DNA of 64,000 bases from the sequence record ON190024.1. One strand, written 5' to 3'. Below, piece by piece: positions 46,334 through 55,860 of this stretch; position 1 is the stretch's first letter, and each line of letters begins with the position of its first letter. A program made the translations under genes and the position numbers. The notes below the pieces were generated by a model. It was given only the letters and a program-made list of their open reading frames with translations, made no database searches and had not been told where the DNA came from.

Positions 46334-46600
46334 ATGCTAAAGTCTTTTATTGAAATATCCCTGAACGAAATGACATACCAAGAGTTGCGTGATCTCACGA
46401 TCAATGAGATTCACGCGCTCGTTAAGAAGCTGAAGAAACAGCTTCCGAAGAAGTACAAAGACATTATCGACGAACTAGAACCAGACATGTATGAAGATCT
46501 GATTGCAGAAATCGCATATGATGGTGGGTTAAAAGGTAAGAAATTTGTCAACTTAAAAATCCCGAAGCGAATCTTAGATAGGTACGCTGACTACTTCTGA
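46334..46600 (+). CDS. Hypothetical protein
   Basis: GGAGG SD. Confidence 0.7.
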   Translation: MLKSFIEISLNEMTYQELRDLTINEIHALVKKLKKQLPKKYKDIIDELEPDMYEDLIAEIAYDGGLKGKKFVNLKIPKRILDRYADYF

Positions 46601-46610
46601 GAGAAATATT

Positions 46611-47003
46611 ATGTTTGATGCTGCTAGTATGCGGGCCCGTTATAAGCCGAAACAACCGTCCGATCTTCAGATGCAGAAAATCGAAGAATTTCAAGATTTT
46701 TTGTATAACACTCTGCAATCCATTGATAAAATAGCTGATACGGAACTTGAGATAAAAGTCGGCGTAAAAGCTGAATTTTATGAATCAGCGGTTGCAGAAT
46801 TCGAGAAATTAGGTTACAATATCAGAGCAGTGAAGAAGACATTCGATATTGAAAATCGAATCAATCCTCACGAGCCGCCAGAAATCGGTTACTTAAAGTA
46901 CGAAACTCACAGTTTAGCACTTGCTTATGTGAATCGTATGTTGAGAGAACGCGGTTCTGAACACATGATATTGACGATAATTGATTGGAGACGTAAGGCA
47001 TGA
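46611..47003 (+). CDS. Hypothetical protein, local paralog family
   Basis: AASMRAR...LGY...IIDW. Confidence 0.65.
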   Translation: MFDAASMRARYKPKQPSDLQMQKIEEFQDFLYNTLQSIDKIADTELEIKVGVKAEFYESAVAEFEKLGYNIRAVKKTFDIENRINPHEPPEIGYLKYETHSLALAYVNRMLRERGSEHMILTIIDWRRKA

Positions 47004-47263
47004 TTATGAAAGCCGAAGAAGCACGAGCACGCAGCATCAAAGTAATGGAAGAGAAATTTCCAGTTGACGATCTAGAACATCTAGATGAGCGCATTGCACA
47101 AGCAACCGACGAAATGCGTTTTGGTATTAATATTCGAATTCGCGACGAAATGCCAGGTATCAATAGCCACAGTCTGAAACGACTATTGATTGAATATCTG
47201 CGTTTGCACAATTACAACGCATTTTATGTTGATGACATCTTGGAGATTCGATGGCAAATTTAA
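47000..47263 (+). CDS. Hypothetical protein, local paralog family
   Basis: AEEARAR...NY...LEIRW. Confidence 0.65.
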   Translation: MIMKAEEARARSIKVMEEKFPVDDLEHLDERIAQATDEMRFGINIRIRDEMPGINSHSLKRLLIEYLRLHNYNAFYVDDILEIRWQI

Positions 47264-47979
47264 AGGTTTATTACTGTAGTGATATTCATAATGATTATCA
47301 CGACGAAAACGCGCTAGAACGCATTACAGGCGACAAAGACGCTGTATTGGTAGTGGCGGGTGACATTAACAGCAAAGGGCGAACAGTGCGCGATTTAGAA
47401 GCTGTCGCCGACCGCTGGCGTGCTATTATCGCAGTACCGGGAAATCACGATTGGTGGGGTCTTGCGATTCACGAGCGACACAAATTTGAAACTTCGGTTG
47501 ACAATGTTCACGTATTGCTTGAAGATACAGTTCAGATCGACGATGTGACATTCTGCGGGACTACGCTGTGGCACGAAGTCAATGACTGGTTTGAAGGTCA
47601 ACGCTGGAAAGAAAACATGAACGACCGTCGTAAGATTCGCGGTCCTCAATGGCGACCTTTGTATGGTGAAGATGTTCACGCGCTTCATTGTCAATCAGTA
47701 AAATTTATCGAGAAATGCCGCGAGATTGAAGGTAAGAAAGTGTTAATAACACATCACGCCCCGTCTCTGAAGAGCATTTCATCTTACTATGCGTACTCAA
47801 GTACGAATAGTTTTTATTGCACTGACCTTGAGCATTTGCTTGAAGGGTTCAACTTTGCAATTCACGGTCATGTTCATCAAGAATTTGACTATCACGTAAA
47901 CGGCTGTAATGTACTGTGTAACCCACGTGCATACGGCTCAGAAAACCCGGATTACGGGCTTAGGATTTTCGACATATGA
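47251..47979 (+). CDS. Metallophosphoesterase
   Basis: SDIH, AGD, PGNHD, THHAP, HGHVH. Confidence 0.88.
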   Translation: MANLKVYYCSDIHNDYHDENALERITGDKDAVLVVAGDINSKGRTVRDLEAVADRWRAIIAVPGNHDWWGLAIHERHKFETSVDNVHVLLEDTVQIDDVTFCGTTLWHEVNDWFEGQRWKENMNDRRKIRGPQWRPLYGEDVHALHCQSVKFIEKCREIEGKKVLITHHAPSLKSISSYYAYSSTNSFYCTDLEHLLEGFNFAIHGHVHQEFDYHVNGCNVLCNPRAYGSENPDYGLRIFDI

Positions 47980-48164
47980 CTTTTATTCTTGGTTACTTAC
48001 TAATCGGTGCTTTGCTTACTATTGCTATCAACCCTCAATTGAGTAAGCACTTCAAGCAAATGGGCGGTGAAAGCATCATTCTTATGAATGTAGCATCGGT
48101 AGTACTATCGCCTATATTCGTAATTATCCTGCTGATTAAAAAGCTGTTTGGTAAACTAAAATAA
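47976..48164 (+). CDS. Small membrane protein
   Basis: Two hydrophobic segments. Confidence 0.6.
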   Translation: MTFILGYLLIGALLTIAINPQLSKHFKQMGGESIILMNVASVVLSPIFVIILLIKKLFGKLK

Positions 48165-48209
48165 CGTATTAAATACGTGCGTCTAATAATAACGTAAAAG
48201 GTAATACAA

Positions 48210-48455
48210 ATGACGCACGATTTGAATATGCTTCTTGAGCAGTACAACCTCGCGAATTACGATTGCGACGGTGATTTTGAAGACTATTACTGGTCGGTGG
48301 CAGAATGGATTGGTCAGACTGTCTTCAGTCACGGTACAATTCGTAAACACGATATTCTTGAGCTGCTTTGCGATTTACTTGAAATCTCTGAAGACCAAAT
48401 CAACGTAGATGACGTTGACGATTTTCTAACCGAAGTTTATGAGGTGATTGAATAA
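48210..48455 (+). CDS. Acidic hypothetical protein
   Basis: AAGGT SD. Confidence 0.65.
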   Translation: MTHDLNMLLEQYNLANYDCDGDFEDYYWSVAEWIGQTVFSHGTIRKHDILELLCDLLEISEDQINVDDVDDFLTEVYEVIE

Positions 48456-48515
48456 TGAAGAAAATTCATCGTAAGGAGCTGTTTCACTGAGTAATTTAAC
48501 TCAGAGAAACAGCAA

Positions 48516-49028
48516 ATGACTGAAGTCAAAAAATACAAAGGCGTAAAAGAAAACGAACTACCAATCTACAATTCTCGTGAAATGCGCTACAGGTACATTT
48601 ACAAGGTAGATGAAGGTTCATGGGTACCAGAGTGGGCTAGAACATATGTTCGTTACGAACGTTTCTGGACGATGCGTCTAGAAGTCGGGTTTTACATTGC
48701 CGACGAAGCAAGTCGCAAGCTAGATCTGATTCGCAAAGCCGAACGTCTGGCATCATACAAAGGTAACTACGTTTTCCGTTACACGCCAGTGCCACATACA
48801 GGTGGCTACAAGAACTGGGTATCAACCATTCGTGGTAAAGGGTTGATGTCTGAGATCCATCACAATAAGATTTGCAAAGACGAAATTGAGCCAGAATACG
48901 GTAATGTCGTACGCAAAAAGCGTGATAAACTAGTGCGCTGTCTTAGAGATTGGGATGGTCTAGAGTCGTATCATTCACAACAACGCGGCTGGAAACGTTC
49001 TAAGAAGCGTAAGCAGTGGATGAAATAA
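48516..49028 (+). CDS. Basic hypothetical protein
   Basis: PVPHTGG...RGWKRSKKRKQW. Confidence 0.7.
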   Translation: MTEVKKYKGVKENELPIYNSREMRYRYIYKVDEGSWVPEWARTYVRYERFWTMRLEVGFYIADEASRKLDLIRKAERLASYKGNYVFRYTPVPHTGGYKNWVSTIRGKGLMSEIHHNKICKDEIEPEYGNVVRKKRDKLVRCLRDWDGLESYHSQQRGWKRSKKRKQWMK

Positions 49029-49033
49029 TGAAG

Positions 49034-49069
49034 AAAAGGGTTGCAATTCGCAGCCCTTTTTAGTATCAT
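49034..49069 (+). promoter_or_regulatory. Terminator hairpin containing an early promoter
   Basis: AAAAGGGTTGC-AATTC-GCAGCCCTTTTT; TTGCAA-17-TATCAT. Confidence 0.75.
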
Positions 49070-49097
49070 ACAGTAGATTCACATTGAGAGATATATT

Positions 49098-49694
49098 ATG
49101 ACTGATAAGAAACAAAAACCAACTCTAATTTTTGACGTAGATGGTGTTCTAATTGATTGGGCAAGCCAGCTACCGTTATTCTGCAAACGCTGCGGGATCG
49201 ACCCTGTTCGTGCGCTGAAGCATTTCACAGCGAAAGAACACGTTGACGTACGCGACCTATTCGGCGTTGAACAACGCTCAATTGCATTCGATTTGCTTGA
49301 GAAATACAATCTCGAACATGGCAAATACATGACTGCTTTCCCAGATGCTGTCGAGCACGTACACAAAATCGCCAAAGAGTACAATCTAGTCGCATTGACT
49401 AAATTCGGTGACACTACAGATCACTGGCTAGTTCGCAAGTTCAATCTTGAGACGTTCTTCCCTGGGTGTTTCAGTGAGTTGATCACAATTCGCGGTGATG
49501 AGAGCAAAGTCGGGTATGTTGCTGCATTACAAGCAGATCATAATGTAGTTGGTTTTATCGACGACCAGCTTGAGAATATTCAAGCAATCAGTCGAGCAAC
49601 GAATCTCAAAACGATTCACCTAAACCGCTACGATGAACGCGCTGATGTTCATCACATGTCGAAGCTATTAGACTTTCTTCACGAAAAAGTTTAA
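49098..49694 (+). CDS. HAD-family phosphatase (gp30.2-like)
   Basis: DVDGVL motif I; FIDD motif IV. Confidence 0.8.
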   Translation: MTDKKQKPTLIFDVDGVLIDWASQLPLFCKRCGIDPVRALKHFTAKEHVDVRDLFGVEQRSIAFDLLEKYNLEHGKYMTAFPDAVEHVHKIAKEYNLVALTKFGDTTDHWLVRKFNLETFFPGCFSELITIRGDESKVGYVAALQADHNVVGFIDDQLENIQAISRATNLKTIHLNRYDERADVHHMSKLLDFLHEKV

Positions 49695-49718
49695 TACGGC
49701 AATAACTCATCGTATAAT
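49690..49718 (+). promoter_or_regulatory. GTTTA-class promoter
   Basis: (G)TTTAAT-17-TATAAT. Confidence 0.6.
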
Positions 49719-49750
49719 AAAGCTCCGTTTGGGGCTTTTTGGATTCGAAG

Positions 49751-50050
49751 ATGATTAAACGAGCTTATATTATTCACGCAGATAGCGCACTTGCAAAACG
49801 CGCAGTCGCGCTTGACAAACGAGAAGCAAAAGGTAAACCGTTCTTTACTAGTAAAGAAGAGTGGGAAGCTGAACTGCAAACGGATTGGCAAGAATGGAAC
49901 AAGGAAGCATGTGATTACATCGTTCACATATACGGCGATCATATCGCTGGAAAAACATTCTTAGTTACAATTCAAGACGGCAACGTATATTTTGAGGAAA
50001 ATGATGTTTGCTATACTAATGAAAAGCAACCAAGAAGTGGCGATTATTGA
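49751..50050 (+). CDS. Hypothetical protein
   Basis: MIKRAYII... ORF. Confidence 0.6.
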   Translation: MIKRAYIIHADSALAKRAVALDKREAKGKPFFTSKEEWEAELQTDWQEWNKEACDYIVHIYGDHIAGKTFLVTIQDGNVYFEENDVCYTNEKQPRSGDY

Positions 50051-50222
50051 TCTCGGTGATGTTACAATGCCTGCATTGTACATGAAAGAAGATGACGCGC
50101 TTCGAGTGTTGTACAAAAATGATTTACACGACCGTTGCTTTGTTGCACGTGTTCGTCCTGAAATTTATATAGAGGGTCCAGATGATTCTACCGATTCTAA
50201 ACAAACTAGCAGCAACGACTAA
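50001..50222 (+). CDS. Hypothetical protein overlapping both neighbours
   Basis: GAGG SD before ATG 50001. Confidence 0.5.
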   Translation: MMFAILMKSNQEVAIIDLGDVTMPALYMKEDDALRVLYKNDLHDRCFVARVRPEIYIEGPDDSTDSKQTSSND

Positions 50223-51525
50223 ACGTACTGAAAAAGAGAAGATCTTGAAGTCTGAAGCAAGCAACGAATTGCTGAAGCGAGTCTTCCAACTTGCGTACAC
50301 GCCAACATATCAGTACAACATGAAAAAACTGCCTGAAGTTTGTCATGAAACTGCTGCTCTACACGTCGATTGCTATCTTCCGCTTGAAGAAGCACTTGAG
50401 CATGTGTTTGATGAGCTAGTGACTAAACAAACTCGCGGTCAAGCTGCTCAGACTGTTGTCTCTAACATCTTGAAGCAAGTAACTGCTGATGATGCTGAGG
50501 TGATTCGTCGTGTGATTCTACGCGATTTGCGCACTGGTTGTACTGGCAGTACCGCTAATAAAGTTTGGAAGAAACTGATTCCTGAGCAGCCACAAATGCT
50601 TGCAAGTGCGCATAACGAAAAGCTAATCGACGCGATTCTGACTAAAATCGCATACGCTGAACTAAAAGCAGACGGCGCACGCTGTTTTGCTCACGTTGAC
50701 CTTGACGGTAATATTACGCTGACATCGAGAAACGGCAAACCGTATCTTGGCTTACAGAAAGTCGAGAAAGCATTGACTGCAATGGGCGTGAATGGCTTTG
50801 TAATTGACGGTGAGCTTGTCTATGCACCGAATGGTCTCCACGCAGTTGAAGATCGTTCAACTGGTAACGGCATCGTTAACAAAGCAAGCAAAGGCACGAT
50901 TTCTCTAAAAGAGCAAGCTGACATCATCTTCCAAGTATGGGACATCATCCCAGAAGATGTGTACTTCGGCAAGTCAAACGAACTCAACATGGCGTACAGC
51001 AAGCGTAAGCGTGTTTTAGCAGATGTTGCGCTTAAAGCAAAGGGTGTCATTGAGCCGATTCCGTGGCAAACAGTTTCGACTAAAGAACAAGCGTCTGAAA
51101 TCTACAATCAGTACGTTGCTCAGGGTCTAGAAGGCATCATCTTGAAAGATCCAGATGCGCTTTGGGAAAACAAGCGAAGCAAATCACTTGTGAAGTACAA
51201 AGAAGTGCATGACGGTGATCTTGAGATCATTGAAGTCATCGAAGGCGACAAGAAGAACAAAGGCAAGATGGGTGCTCTTCTATTGCGTTCAGCTTGCGGT
51301 AAGTTGATTACTAAAGTTGGTAGCGGATTCACTGACAAAGATCGCGAAGAAATCTGGGAACGTCGTGATGAAGTTATCGGCATGATTGTCGAAATCAACT
51401 ACAACGCGATTACTCGCGCACGAAACAAAGACACATGGTCGTGTTTCTTGCCAATTTTCGTGCAATTCCGAGACGACAAAGACGTTGCGAACACGCTTGA
51501 AGAAATGAGCGGGTTCAAGGGTTAA
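50182..51525 (+). CDS. 30: ATP-dependent DNA ligase gp30
   Basis: ELKADGAR (KxDG), IDGEL, EGIILKD, WENKRS. Confidence 0.96.
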   Translation: MILPILNKLAATTKRTEKEKILKSEASNELLKRVFQLAYTPTYQYNMKKLPEVCHETAALHVDCYLPLEEALEHVFDELVTKQTRGQAAQTVVSNILKQVTADDAEVIRRVILRDLRTGCTGSTANKVWKKLIPEQPQMLASAHNEKLIDAILTKIAYAELKADGARCFAHVDLDGNITLTSRNGKPYLGLQKVEKALTAMGVNGFVIDGELVYAPNGLHAVEDRSTGNGIVNKASKGTISLKEQADIIFQVWDIIPEDVYFGKSNELNMAYSKRKRVLADVALKAKGVIEPIPWQTVSTKEQASEIYNQYVAQGLEGIILKDPDALWENKRSKSLVKYKEVHDGDLEIIEVIEGDKKNKGKMGALLLRSACGKLITKVGSGFTDKDREEIWERRDEVIGMIVEINYNAITRARNKDTWSCFLPIFVQFRDDKDVANTLEEMSGFKG

Positions 51526-51526
51526 T

Positions 51527-51550
51527 AAAAGGGGCTTTCGCCCCTTTTTT
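51527..51550 (+). terminator. Terminator
   Basis: AAAAGGGGC-TTTC-GCCCCTTTTTT. Confidence 0.9.
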
Positions 51551-51552
51551 CG

Positions 51553-51560
51553 TATAAATA
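51553..51560 (+). promoter_or_regulatory. Late promoter
   Basis: Perfect TATAAATA. Confidence 0.8.
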
Positions 51561-51581
51561 CTTTCATTTAGAGAGAAAGCT

Positions 51582-52463
51582 ATGATTATATTCGAAGACA
51601 TCAATCCGCTTTGTGAAGCATTTGACCGCCCAGCACCTTATAAATGGGATTCTATGTACAACGAAGCTCGATTTACGGTTGGGAACGTTCAGTATGTCGC
51701 GTTTATCAAAGATAATGACACAGCAAGAGGTTTAAGTCTGTATGTGGCATTCCAGCGTCGTGATAACGCAACTGGTCAATGGACTCACTCACTTGCTAAA
51801 GGCTCGCCGAAAGACGCCATGACGGTATTGAGCACAATACTGGCAGCAACATTTGACAAGGCATCAAAAGTTGAACCGAATGAAATTACATTCAGTGCAT
51901 TTCGTGACGCAGATGACGAAGACGCAAATAAGCGTTTTAGGCTATACAAGCGTATGGCTGAGCGATACGCAAAGCAAATGAATTACACAGTTCATATCAC
52001 TGGTAATAGCTTCACACTAACAAACAACAATCCACCTAAGATCAGACGACTCCACAATGACGGCATTCACAAAGAAGATGGACTTACATACGTAATTTTC
52101 CCTGCTTGTAATGCCTTTACATGGGCGAAGATTTTCTGGCTTGACAATGACGGCGATTACATCAAACTTACATTACCGCACGGTCGTATTCACATTGTGA
52201 AAAAATCAAGTGACGTAATTGAAATCGAAGCAATTACACCGAAAGGTCGTTTTGACAATCTAGATTCAGATGAGATTTGGATGTCGATGTTATCTGATAT
52301 TAAAGTGAAAGCTAGAGGCGGAAGCACATTTACTATATCAGAGAAAGGCGCGATTTTAGATGCGGGTGATATGATTTTGTGCGAGCAAGGTACGTTTTAT
52401 TACCTAAGTTCTGAAGATGATTTCAAAGAAATCTGGGGATATGAAATCGTCTCGATTGAATAA
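51582..52463 (+). CDS. Late protein, candidate internal head protein
   Basis: NPLCEAFDRP; domain shared with the C-terminal half of 5776..6738. Confidence 0.65.
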   Translation: MIIFEDINPLCEAFDRPAPYKWDSMYNEARFTVGNVQYVAFIKDNDTARGLSLYVAFQRRDNATGQWTHSLAKGSPKDAMTVLSTILAATFDKASKVEPNEITFSAFRDADDEDANKRFRLYKRMAERYAKQMNYTVHITGNSFTLTNNNPPKIRRLHNDGIHKEDGLTYVIFPACNAFTWAKIFWLDNDGDYIKLTLPHGRIHIVKKSSDVIEIEAITPKGRFDNLDSDEIWMSMLSDIKVKARGGSTFTISEKGAILDAGDMILCEQGTFYYLSSEDDFKEIWGYEIVSIE

Positions 52464-52492
52464 AAAAAAGGGAGCAATTTGCTCCCTTTTTT
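52463..52492. terminator. Bidirectional terminator
   Basis: AAAAAAAGGGAGCA-ATT-TGCTCCCTTTTTT. Confidence 0.9.
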
Positions 52493-52494
52493 GA

Positions 52495-54159
52495 TCATGG
52501 TGTCAGAGGACTACGTTCTTTCACTTTGCGGTCTTCGTCGATTTCAATATCAACAACTCGCATGAAGTTAGCGACTTCGGTTAGCTCATGTAAACGGTCT
52601 TGCTTTTTGTAAGCAGACAGAACACCGATTTTCGCTGAATTGTCTTTGACTTTCAAGCGAATCACAGCATCGAACTCGGACAATTGAACCACGTCGGCTT
52701 CGAACATCGTATTACGGTTGATGATGAAATCACAATCGCCTTTCTTCCCGTATTTGCCTGGTGCTAGAACAGGTAACCCGTCAGACTCAATAACAAACAC
52801 AACGTTCAGTTTTCTGTCAGATTCGAGCATATCACGCATAATTGATTTGCTATTCTTGCTCGTCGCGTTGACGATTGTTTTCGCGCTAGATTCAACAAAG
52901 TCACATGCAACAAATGGATCAGTTGATGATGTGATGAACGCAGTTGAAACGAACGCGCCAGATTCAAGAATCGAGCCGACACGTTTGCTAGACATTTCAC
53001 AACCACGATATAGCGTAACGCCATTCGACACCTTACCAGCTTCATAGAAAGCTCGGTCTAAGCGAGAAATTGCATCCCTAACCTTTTCATCACCAGTTCC
53101 GTGAACTAACTCTTCATTGACCTTCCACGAATAACGAGACGCAGAATAGCGAGAAATTGCAGCTTGAGTAAGAGAAGATAGACCAGCATATGAATCTTCT
53201 TGCATCATTTGCAACGATAATTGGTCATATTGCTTCTCAAACGCACGTGAACGGGCTTTTAACAGTGCGCCGCATACTTCGCTAATCAAGTTAGCTTTAA
53301 CGCCCTCAGAGCGTGCAGCGTCGATATATGGGTTCATTCGTTCTGCTACATCAACAAGGTCGATGTTCATATCAACAATTGCTTGAGCAGCGTTAGCCAA
53401 TTTCGTTAGACCGTCAGTTGCTGCCGCTTCTGTTAATTGCTGCTTGATAGATGCACTGACCCGCGCTTCCATTTGTGGCATTTGTAGAATTTGATTTGGG
53501 ACGCGAACGGCAGGGTTTTCTTCTACCCATTGACCTAGAACATCATCTTCATAATCATCATAGCCAGCATCGGCAGTCACGATGATTGTTTTCTTGCTTG
53601 AAATGTCAGTCTCTTTCGCCATTTTAGCAGCAAGAATATTGATTGTTTCTTCGGTTGCTTCGACGAGTTTATCAGCGTCATAGCCGGGTTTCGTGATCAC
53701 GAAGAAGCTGAAATCTTCAGCCATTTCATTATCACCGACGTTCATGATTTTAGTCGTTTCGCAGCCGTATCGAAGTTTCTTGAACAGCGTTTTAACACGC
53801 ATGTCGAACATTTTACCGCTACCGATCTTTTGAATACGCATAGACACAGCGTTGGCACGTGTTTTCAACATGAAACTTTGGATCAATTTAACCAATGTTT
53901 CTTGAAACTTTTCTTGGTCTCCCATGTCACGGATGGTTAATCCGCCTTTTTTGCCTCGCATTGCTGAGACAGTACAGAACCACGAACGTTTTCCACGATT
54001 TCCGATGTCTGATTTTGTTTTAGTTGTGAACGAAACTACAACGTCACGAGCTTCGCCTTTCATATCGATCACAAAGAATTTGTTTTCTTTGGTCGAGCGA
54101 GCAGGATAGTAGTCGTACGTTGCGCTCATGTTTTCAGTTAATTGTTGAAATCCAATCAT
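52495..54159 (-). CDS. alt: Alt-like ADP-ribosyltransferase-fold protein
   Basis: Next to ligase as in T4; Alt-like N-terminus (NAVSMRIQK), TLYRG, ITSS; DCD in place of ExE. Confidence 0.7.
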   Translation of the reverse strand: MIGFQQLTENMSATYDYYPARSTKENKFFVIDMKGEARDVVVSFTTKTKSDIGNRGKRSWFCTVSAMRGKKGGLTIRDMGDQEKFQETLVKLIQSFMLKTRANAVSMRIQKIGSGKMFDMRVKTLFKKLRYGCETTKIMNVGDNEMAEDFSFFVITKPGYDADKLVEATEETINILAAKMAKETDISSKKTIIVTADAGYDDYEDDVLGQWVEENPAVRVPNQILQMPQMEARVSASIKQQLTEAAATDGLTKLANAAQAIVDMNIDLVDVAERMNPYIDAARSEGVKANLISEVCGALLKARSRAFEKQYDQLSLQMMQEDSYAGLSSLTQAAISRYSASRYSWKVNEELVHGTGDEKVRDAISRLDRAFYEAGKVSNGVTLYRGCEMSSKRVGSILESGAFVSTAFITSSTDPFVACDFVESSAKTIVNATSKNSKSIMRDMLESDRKLNVVFVIESDGLPVLAPGKYGKKGDCDFIINRNTMFEADVVQLSEFDAVIRLKVKDNSAKIGVLSAYKKQDRLHELTEVANFMRVVDIEIDEDRKVKERSPLTP

Positions 54160-54192
54160 TTTTATAGACTCACCCTTTAGAAAATATATGAG

Positions 54193-54200
54193 TATTTATG
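54193..54200 (-). promoter_or_regulatory. Late promoter of the alt-like gene
   Basis: CATAAATA. Confidence 0.65.
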
Positions 54201-54250
54201 ATGCACATAACACCCGTTGAAAATATTTTAAACTTTTTCGCAAAAAAAGG

Positions 54251-54280
54251 TTGCACAACGATAGTGTTGTCTCCTATTAT
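54251..54280 (+). promoter_or_regulatory. Early promoter
   Basis: TTGCAC-18-TATTAT plus CTCATCGAAACGA leader. Confidence 0.75.
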
Positions 54281-54320
54281 TATCTCATCGAAACGAATTA
54301 ACAAACAAGAGAGAATAATT

Positions 54321-54824
54321 ATGAATGCACAATCAATGACTAACGCTCAAATCGCTGAACTATTCGACATGACAGTTGACGCAAACGGTTTTCAAGCAGT
54401 TGATGCGAAAGGTCGTCGTCATTACCTGACCGACTTACGTCAAAAAGCAATGAAAGCTGCTAAGACGAAGAAAGCACGTAAAGTACGCGCTGAAGCACAA
54501 CCTAAAGCAACTGCCGAAGAACTACTTGCAGAACTACAAAGCGAGTCGTCAGATTTCTGGGAAATTCGCGAATCTCAGCCAGGGATGGACTCTGAAGAAC
54601 ACGGTCTGAACGTGTACGTGACTGCTGGTATGCCTGATCGTCACCGCGTAATGATTCGCTCAAGTGTTTTAACAAACAAAGAGCTTGATCGTGAACTCGG
54701 CTACTTGAAGCCTACAAATCAGAAAGAAGAACAGCGTCGCAAAAAATCGACAATTATTTTCTCAAATCGTTCAGCGAAAGAAATCGTTGAAATCATTGAA
54801 AAAGTGAAGTCAATTAGTGAATAA
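54321..54824 (+). CDS. Early hypothetical protein with basic linker
   Basis: Start reassigned after AAGAGAG SD. Confidence 0.75.
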   Translation: MNAQSMTNAQIAELFDMTVDANGFQAVDAKGRRHYLTDLRQKAMKAAKTKKARKVRAEAQPKATAEELLAELQSESSDFWEIRESQPGMDSEEHGLNVYVTAGMPDRHRVMIRSSVLTNKELDRELGYLKPTNQKEEQRRKKSTIIFSNRSAKEIVEIIEKVKSISE

Positions 54825-54851
54825 TGTGAACTAACTCACGAAAAGTAGTTT

Positions 54852-54889
54852 TCGGGTATTGACAATAACACATCAATACCCGATAATAA
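54852..54889 (+). promoter_or_regulatory. Early promoter within an 11-bp inverted repeat
   Basis: TCGGGTATTGA (54852-54862) / TCAATACCCGA (54873-54883); TTGACA -35. Confidence 0.7.
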
Positions 54890-54931
54890 ACACATCAAGA
54901 CGAGATACGAACTACTTAAAGAGAGAACATT

Positions 54932-55750
54932 ATGACAATCACTAAAGCAGAAATGAAAGCAATCGCACTTGACCTAATGAGCGGTAACAATCTAATGCAA
55001 CGCGATTTGATTGCTGAAGGTTGGTCTTTCGAATTCTCAACTCGCAAAGCTGCACTTGGTGACTGTAACTACCGTACTAAAGTACTACGTCTTTCTGAAG
55101 TGTACTTGAATGCTCGTACTAAAGAAGAGCAAATCAACACAATCACTCACGAAATGGCTCACGCAATCGCGTACACTGATTTCAACGAACGTGGTCACGG
55201 TGCTATCTGGAAGCGTGTGCATCGTCAGCTAGGCGGTACTGCTGAACGTTGTTCAACTGTTTCAAACCCTGAAGCCGTAGACAGCAAGTACGTTGTTTTC
55301 TTCGAAAACGCTCAGGGTGAACTAGAAGTAGTTCAAAAAATGGATCGCATGACTAAGCGTTTTCAACCAGTACACATCAAGTCTCTATACTTGAAAGGTC
55401 GCAAAGCTGAAACTGAAGGTCAACTTCGTTGTGTTTCTTCAGCGACGTTCAAAGCTATCAAAGCTGATTTAGAAGCTAAGAAAGCTGATAACGCTGAAGC
55501 ATCAAAACCAGTTGCACCTAAAGCTGAAAAGAAAGCTGAAGCACCTAAGGCTGCTAAGAAAGTTTCAGCACGCGGTCAGGCTGCTCGTGACGCAATCGCA
55601 GAAATCGTGATGACTACTACTCATAAAGGTTGCAAGTCAGTGTCTTTCGAACAGCGTGGTAAATACAAAGACTGGTACATCATGATTGAACTAGAAGCTC
55701 ACACAATCGAACAGCGTCTAGATACTTTCAAAAAGAAACACAGTTTGTAA
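54932..55750 (+). CDS. SprT-like zinc metalloprotease
   Basis: LGDC, ITHEMAHA (HExxH), GHGAIWK. Confidence 0.85.
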   Translation: MTITKAEMKAIALDLMSGNNLMQRDLIAEGWSFEFSTRKAALGDCNYRTKVLRLSEVYLNARTKEEQINTITHEMAHAIAYTDFNERGHGAIWKRVHRQLGGTAERCSTVSNPEAVDSKYVVFFENAQGELEVVQKMDRMTKRFQPVHIKSLYLKGRKAETEGQLRCVSSATFKAIKADLEAKKADNAEASKPVAPKAEKKAEAPKAAKKVSARGQAARDAIAEIVMTTTHKGCKSVSFEQRGKYKDWYIMIELEAHTIEQRLDTFKKKHSL

Positions 55751-55759
55751 TCTCTCAAT

Positions 55760-55781
55760 TAGCCCCGAAAGGGGCTTTTTT
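55760..55781 (+). terminator. Terminator
   Basis: AGCCCC-GAAA-GGGGCTTTTTT. Confidence 0.85.
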
Positions 55782-55787
55782 AGGTTT

Positions 55788-55858
55788 GAGGCGGAAAAAT
55801 TCCGTCTCATCTTAGTAGAATTAGTACTTTTAGTGATATTAGAAGTATTAGTAAGATT
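55788..55858 (+). repeat. 71-bp iteron-like element, copy 2
   Basis: TTAGTAGAA TTAGTACTT TTAGTGATA TTAGAAGTA TTAGTAAGA at 55812-55856. Confidence 0.95.
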
Positions 55859-55860
55859 TG

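Noticed and set aside
55812-55856. 9-bp repeats as a CRISPR or telomere-like array
   Set aside because: Units are contiguous, short and degenerate, with no spacers and no cas genes; kept as an iteron-like element
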